Of a stretch of 64,000 nucleotides of DNA, positions 58,882 through 64,000 are shown one piece after another. Under the pieces are notes generated by a model that was given only the letters and a program-made list of their open reading frames with translations, ran no database searches and was not told where the DNA came from. The DNA is taken from contig OZ024762.1 in NCBI GenBank assembly GCA_964016885.1, forward strand, positions 13,144,001 to 13,208,000. The letters run 5' to 3'. The position numbers were made by a program, and so were the translations under genes. The stretch comes from Eledone cirrhosa (taxonomy: Eukaryota). Every line of letters starts with the position of its first letter. The first letter of the stretch is position 1.

Positions 58882-59407
58882 AAGTCTGTCTACTTTACTC
58901 TGCTTTTAAACTGTATCTGATCTGATGGTGCGTGTAGAGAGAAAGAGAGATAGAGAGGGACAGACATAACAAGAGAGAGGGGGAGAGAGTGAGAGACAGA
59001 CATAGCAAGAGAGAGAGAGAGGGGGTGAGTGGGAGGAGGATAAGACATATGTAAAGAGAGGAAGGGAGGGGGAGGAGAGTGTATATTATATATTACATCA
59101 AGAATATATTTATATTCTATATTCAGTGACATTTGAAGAATATGCCAAGTACAGGAATAAAACCTTTTGAAATATCCTGAAAATTGGTTCGGTGGGTGTA
59201 TATGTGTATAAGTGTGTGTATATGTATATAAGTGTGTGTATATGTATATAAGTGTGTGTATATATGTAACTAAGTGTGTGTATATGTGTATAAGTGTGTG
59301 TATATGTGTATAAGTGTGTGTATATATGTATATAAGTGTGTGTATATGTATATCAGTGTGTGTATATGTATATAAGTGTGTATATAAGTGTGAGTGTGTA
59401 TATATAA

Positions 59408-59442
<35 letters not shown>

Positions 59443-59451
59443 GAGAGAGAG

Positions 59452-59581
<130 letters not shown>

Positions 59582-59637
59582 GTATATATATATATTTACC
59601 CCTCTCTCTTTGTGTATATATATATATATATATATAT

Positions 59638-59722
59638 ATGTCTCAAAAATATATACACACTTCAACAGCATTCTAACAAATATTGGCGGTACAGGTATTG
59701 AAAGTCTGTATATATTGGGGAC

Positions 59723-59729
<7 letters not shown>
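59638..59729. mobile_element. Degenerate third copy of the 100-bp MITE
   Basis: acacacttcaacagcattctaacaaatattg...ggggacacc, homologous to 34014-34113. Confidence 0.6.
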
Positions 59730-59788
<59 letters not shown>

Positions 59789-59898
59789 TCCAGTTCCTCA
59801 GTGAAATAACAACCCAACCAGGAACTGGTCATATCAGAGTATTGACAAGGTTATACACCTCAACAACATATGTACTTGTCTATACCACACTAATTCGG

Positions 59899-59953
59899 AC
59901 TGCCTGAAGAGGTCACAGCCAAAGATGGCTGTCACTGAAATATATATAGCAGT
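59899..59953 (+). ncRNA. Minimal hammerhead ribozyme motif
   Basis: actgc-CTGAAGA-ggtcacagccaaagatggctgtcact-GAAA-tatata-TA-gcagt, followed by AATAAA. Stem I is actgc/gcagt and stem II is acagcca/tggctgt. Confidence 0.8.
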
Positions 59954-60095
59954 AATAAATGAATCTAAATTTTAAACATTTGACTTTTTATTTTACTTTA
60001 TTTTACATTACTCCGGAGTAACCAAGCCAACCGGCGCACTTCGTCGAGTGCTCCAACCTGCATACTGAGATGTTGGTATACAACCAACATATACT

Positions 60096-60152
<57 letters not shown>

Positions 60153-60208
60153 GTCCTATGACTTTTCCAATTCCAACGGAAACTTCAATACATCTCCTGA
60201 GCGTGAAT

Positions 60209-60260
60209 TTAATAAACATTTATCGTACTGCCTCTCTGTTCTGTCCCTGTTCAATTTTTC

Positions 60261-60322
<62 letters not shown>

Positions 60323-60379
60323 GAAAAATTGAACGGGAACAAAACAGAGAGGCAGTACAGTACAACAAATGTTTATTAA
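60209..60379. repeat. Tail-to-tail inverted repeat centred on (TA)n
   Basis: ttaataaacattt...gttcaatttttcatt (TA)n aatgaaaaattgaac...aaatgtttattaa. Confidence 0.75.
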
Positions 60380-60414
60380 TGTCACGCTCTTGAGAGTGGG
60401 GTGGTGGTGGGGAA

Positions 60415-60447
60415 CGACGTTTCGGGCATAAGCCCTTCTTCAGGTGA
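60415..60447 (-). ncRNA. Minimal hammerhead core (stem I eroded)
   Basis: Reverse complement: CTGAAGA-agggc-ttat-gccc-GAAACGTC, the typical look of a Penelope-like terminal hammerhead. Confidence 0.65.
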
Positions 60448-60528
60448 AAAGTGTGTGGGAAGAGAGTTCAAAGGGTGTGTAGGGGAGTGGTGGAGAGACA
60501 TATAGCAAAAAGGAGGTGAGAGGAAACG

Positions 60529-60601
<73 letters not shown>

Positions 60602-60808
60602 CGTACCTGTTTTGTATGTGTATATATATATATATATGTGTTTGTGTTTGTGTGAGAGTGTGTAAGATAAAGAGAGAGAGTGAGTAAAAGCGATTGTGAG
60701 TGTGAGAGAGAAAGAGAGACTGTGTGTGTGTGTGTAAGAGAGAGAGAGGGGGGGGGAGCGAGAGAGAGTGAAAGAGACTGTGTGAGTGTGGGGGAGAAAG
60801 AGAGAGAG

Positions 60809-60881
<73 letters not shown>

Positions 60882-61048
60882 GTAAAAGAGATTGTGAGTG
60901 TGAGAGAGAAAGAGAGACTGTGTGTGTGTGAGTGTGTGTAAGAGAGAGAGACAGAGGGGGAGCGAGAGAGAGTGAAAGAGACTGTGTGTGAGTGTGAGAG
61001 AGAAAGAGAGAGAGAAACGGAGAGAGAGAGAGAGAGAGAGACGGAGCA

Positions 61049-61088
<40 letters not shown>

Positions 61089-61532
61089 ATCAATGAGAAT
61101 GTGTATTCGATTGTGATGTCTCTATATTAATCTTTTATTGATCAGCAGAGATTATATGATCGAAGATATTGGTGTTACCATTGTAGCTGTTGTTGTTGTT
61201 GTTGCTGGTGATGATGATAACGATGATGGTGTTGCTGGTAGTGATGATGATGATGATGTTGTTGTTGTTGTTGTTGTTGTTGTTGTGATGTTGTTGTTGT
61301 TGTTGTTGGTGATAATGTCAATATTAGTGAGTTTAACACCATGTCCAATATGACATCTGTCTTTACATCAAATATCTATACCACCAAAGAGTGTGTGTGT
61401 GTGTATATATATATGTGTGTGTATGCGCGTGTGTGTATGTGAGTAAGTATGTGAGTGAGTGTGTGTGTGTGTGTGTGTGTGTGTATGGGTGTGCGGATGT
61501 CTGTGTAAGTGTATGTGTATGTGTGTGTATCT

Positions 61533-61775
61533 GAGGCTCGCGAATTGGATTGACTCTTGCAGCGCATCTCCCTTAACATCCTCCGAGGAAACGCCTTCTC
61601 CATTCTGTCCGGCGGGGCTGTGTGGCGGCCAGCACGTGGGACCCCATTTGCTCATAATAGTGAGAGACGGGGAGGGGAGGGAGGACGAGAGAGACGGAGG
61701 CGATGACAGTGAGAGTTTGGTTCCTCTGTGTTCGGACCTGGTGTCCAACAAATTGTAAAAAACTTTATATTTCAA
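61533..61775 (+). mobile_element. 3' fragment of a CRE-clade (restriction-like endonuclease) non-LTR retrotransposon
   Basis: The frame from 61533 reads EARELD*LLQRISLNILRGNAFSILS...* (stop at 61704-61706). QRIS...RGNA.SIL is the conserved C-terminal motif of CRE-type ORFs. Confidence 0.65.
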
Positions 61776-62489
61776 AGACCCTCCATGTCAACGGCCTGCA
61801 ACACGTGGCTCCCCACCTCCACAGTTATTATTGTTTGTTGCTAAATGCATCGACAACAAAGAACACATTAAATCCTCTTCCTCCCTGCCCCGCCCTACCA
61901 AAAACCCCACCAAAACACCCCACTAAAAAATCCTACCAAAAACCCCCACCAAAAAACCCCACCAAAGAATCCCACCAAAAAACCCCACCAAAAACCCTCA
62001 CCAAAAATCCCACCAAAACCCCCCACCAAAAAACCCCACCAAAAAATCCTAACACACAAATGATATATTTGTGTTTTAAATATTCGTTTGTTTTCTTTTG
62101 TTTTTAACAAATATATTTCCCTAATCGATACAATAGCTACATTTCCCTAATCGATAAAATAGCTACATTATGTACACAAATTTTCATTTCTCTTTTTTGT
62201 TTTATTAGGAATTCATTAGTTCTGAAATATTTTGCAGGTAAAAACCAAAAAAAAAAAAAAAAAGGGCCACTGAAAAACATTACATAAACAGCTCGAAAAA
62301 TAGCTTTCGGCGGGAAAGAAAATCTATTTATTTCTGGCAGAAAGCCAGTGGTTGTTTGACAAGACAAGTAACAAACTATCATTTCATTGGTTGACAGGAT
62401 GAGAGATAGGTAGGGCATATGACACTCACACACATACATACATATACAGGTGTGTGTGTGTATGTAGTGTGTATATTCATTTATATATA

Positions 62490-62524
<35 letters not shown>

Positions 62525-62751
62525 GTATATAGACATATAGACACTCACATAAACATATATATATATATATATACACACACTCACATAAACATATATATAT
62601 ATATACATATTTAAAAGTTAAACAGGGTTCAATGAATACATCAAAGAATGAGTTTTACAATAGATTGGAAGCACTCAACATAATTTGGTTTTCCAGAGTT
62701 ATTAATATTAATTCAAAATATTAACAAAATAGGTATTCTTGTGATCAAGTA

Positions 62752-62818
62752 TATTTTATTATACATATTTCAGAGGTACTGAGTTAAGTTCAACAGTACG
62801 ACCTCATCAGATAAAATA
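62752..62818 (-). ncRNA. Minimal hammerhead ribozyme motif, inverted partner copy
   Basis: Reverse complement of 62919-62985. Confidence 0.75.
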
Positions 62819-62918
62819 AGATGATGCATGACATACCCTGACATAGTAGATGGTTAAGATTCAGTTATGGTAGACTACCATGACTGATTCTTATGTCAGG
62901 GTATGTCATGCATCATCT

Positions 62919-62985
62919 TATTTTATCTGATGAGGTCGTACTGTTGAACTTAACTCAGTACCTCTGAAATATGTATAATAAAATA
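62919..62985 (+). ncRNA. Minimal hammerhead ribozyme motif (family B-related)
   Basis: tattttat-CTGATGA-ggtcgtactg...cagtacctct-GAAA-tatgta-TA-ataaaata. Confidence 0.75.
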
Positions 62986-63074
62986 TACTTGATCACAAGA
63001 ATATCTATTTTGTTAATATTTTGAATTAATATATATATACATATATATATACACAAACACACACGCACACACAT

Positions 63075-63109
<35 letters not shown>

Positions 63110-63511
63110 CATATATGTACGCACATAAACATATATATATATATAGATTTTTGTTTTTAGAATCCAAATTCAATAAACAGACCAGGATTTTTTCATTCTG
63201 AGGATTGAAAGCAAAATCTTTTGCTTTTAAGAAACCACTGGTAAATGGAATAATTGCCTTATGTTGTTTATTACATAACTATATATATATAAATACAGAT
63301 ATATATATATATACACACACACATTCACCTACACCTTTCCACAGGAAGAGAGATGGAGAGATCAAGAGAGAGAGAGAGAGGGATCGAAAGAGAGAGAAAG
63401 AAATGAGGTGCAACAGAAATGAAACTTGGATTACATGTTAAAATATAATCTAGATAGATGTGAAACAAAACGAGGATGGAGTTTATGGAACACCCAAATG
63501 ATTTAGAAGTT

Positions 63512-63858
63512 GACCTTAAGTAGGGACAATAACATTAAGAAAGACATGAACAACACCACAGCACTTTGTTTTGAACATTTTCATACGATTCTCGTAGTTG
63601 TCTCTGTGGCCTAGCGGTAGGTATTAGAGACGGTGGAGATCCTGGTTTTGGGTTCAATCCTGGTCAAGAGGTACATGTAGTCACTTTTCAGTTTTTATTT
63701 TACAACACAGAAAAAAGTGAAAAGGTTTACCGGGAACCCTTCCCCCGACCAGGACCACAAGAGTCTATGATTCTTCCAACTAGGCCACCGAGACAGCTAC
63801 AAAAGTATAATGAAGATTAATAATTATAAACCTACTTTCAAAATCAAAGTTAAAAAGT
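63512..63858. mobile_element. Second copy of the element at 14670-15068
   Basis: Colinear similarity. A-box-like tggcctagcggta and B-box-like ggttcaatcc. Confidence 0.7.
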
Positions 63859-64000
63859 ATACTGAAAGTATATGATTGCACTCTTTTGTTTCCACTTATG
63901 TATTTTTCGAAAATGTTATTTATTCATTATAAAAATTAAATGATAGAATTCTATATGTAGGTGGGCCCCCTTCATTCTATATGCAGGTGGGCCCCCTTCA

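Larger units (their letters stand above)
62705..63032. mobile_element. Fold-back element with about 140-bp inverted arms
   Basis: 62705-62845 versus 62892-63032 is an inverted repeat with about one mismatch. Inner hairpin at 62861-62886 and a hammerhead in each arm. Confidence 0.8.

Noticed and set aside
61368-61775. Minus-strand 135-aa ORF as a host first exon
   Set aside because: Better explained as the antisense of a CRE-like retrotransposon tail, and it runs into (CA)n.

Overview
Repeat-dominated, AT-rich eukaryotic non-coding DNA. The SINE families and the extreme (TA)n/(CA)n/(GA)n/(CCA)n/(CAA)n load suggest an octopus-type cephalopod genome (inference). Nearly all supplied ORFs are microsatellite read-throughs, and I recognise no intact host gene, only a few weak candidate + strand exons. 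Recognisable elements: about 15 copies or fragments of a tRNA-headed Nin/Deu-domain-like SINE, two CORE-like SINEs, an internally deleted L1/Tx1-type LINE (48145-50723, -), a 3' fragment of a CRE-clade retrotransposon (61533-61775), a non-autonomous Helitron (46199-46956, -), nested Tc1/mariner MITEs and several minisatellites. The most striking signal is a set of short, mutually dissimilar element families, mostly next to (TA)n tracts. They carry minimal type-I hammerhead ribozyme motifs (CUGANGA-stem II-GAAA-palindromic stem III-UH), form 100-400 bp fold-back palindromes, and often share a downstream GAGTGCTC motif. These are probably non-autonomous Penelope-like (PLE) termini or retrozyme-like elements.
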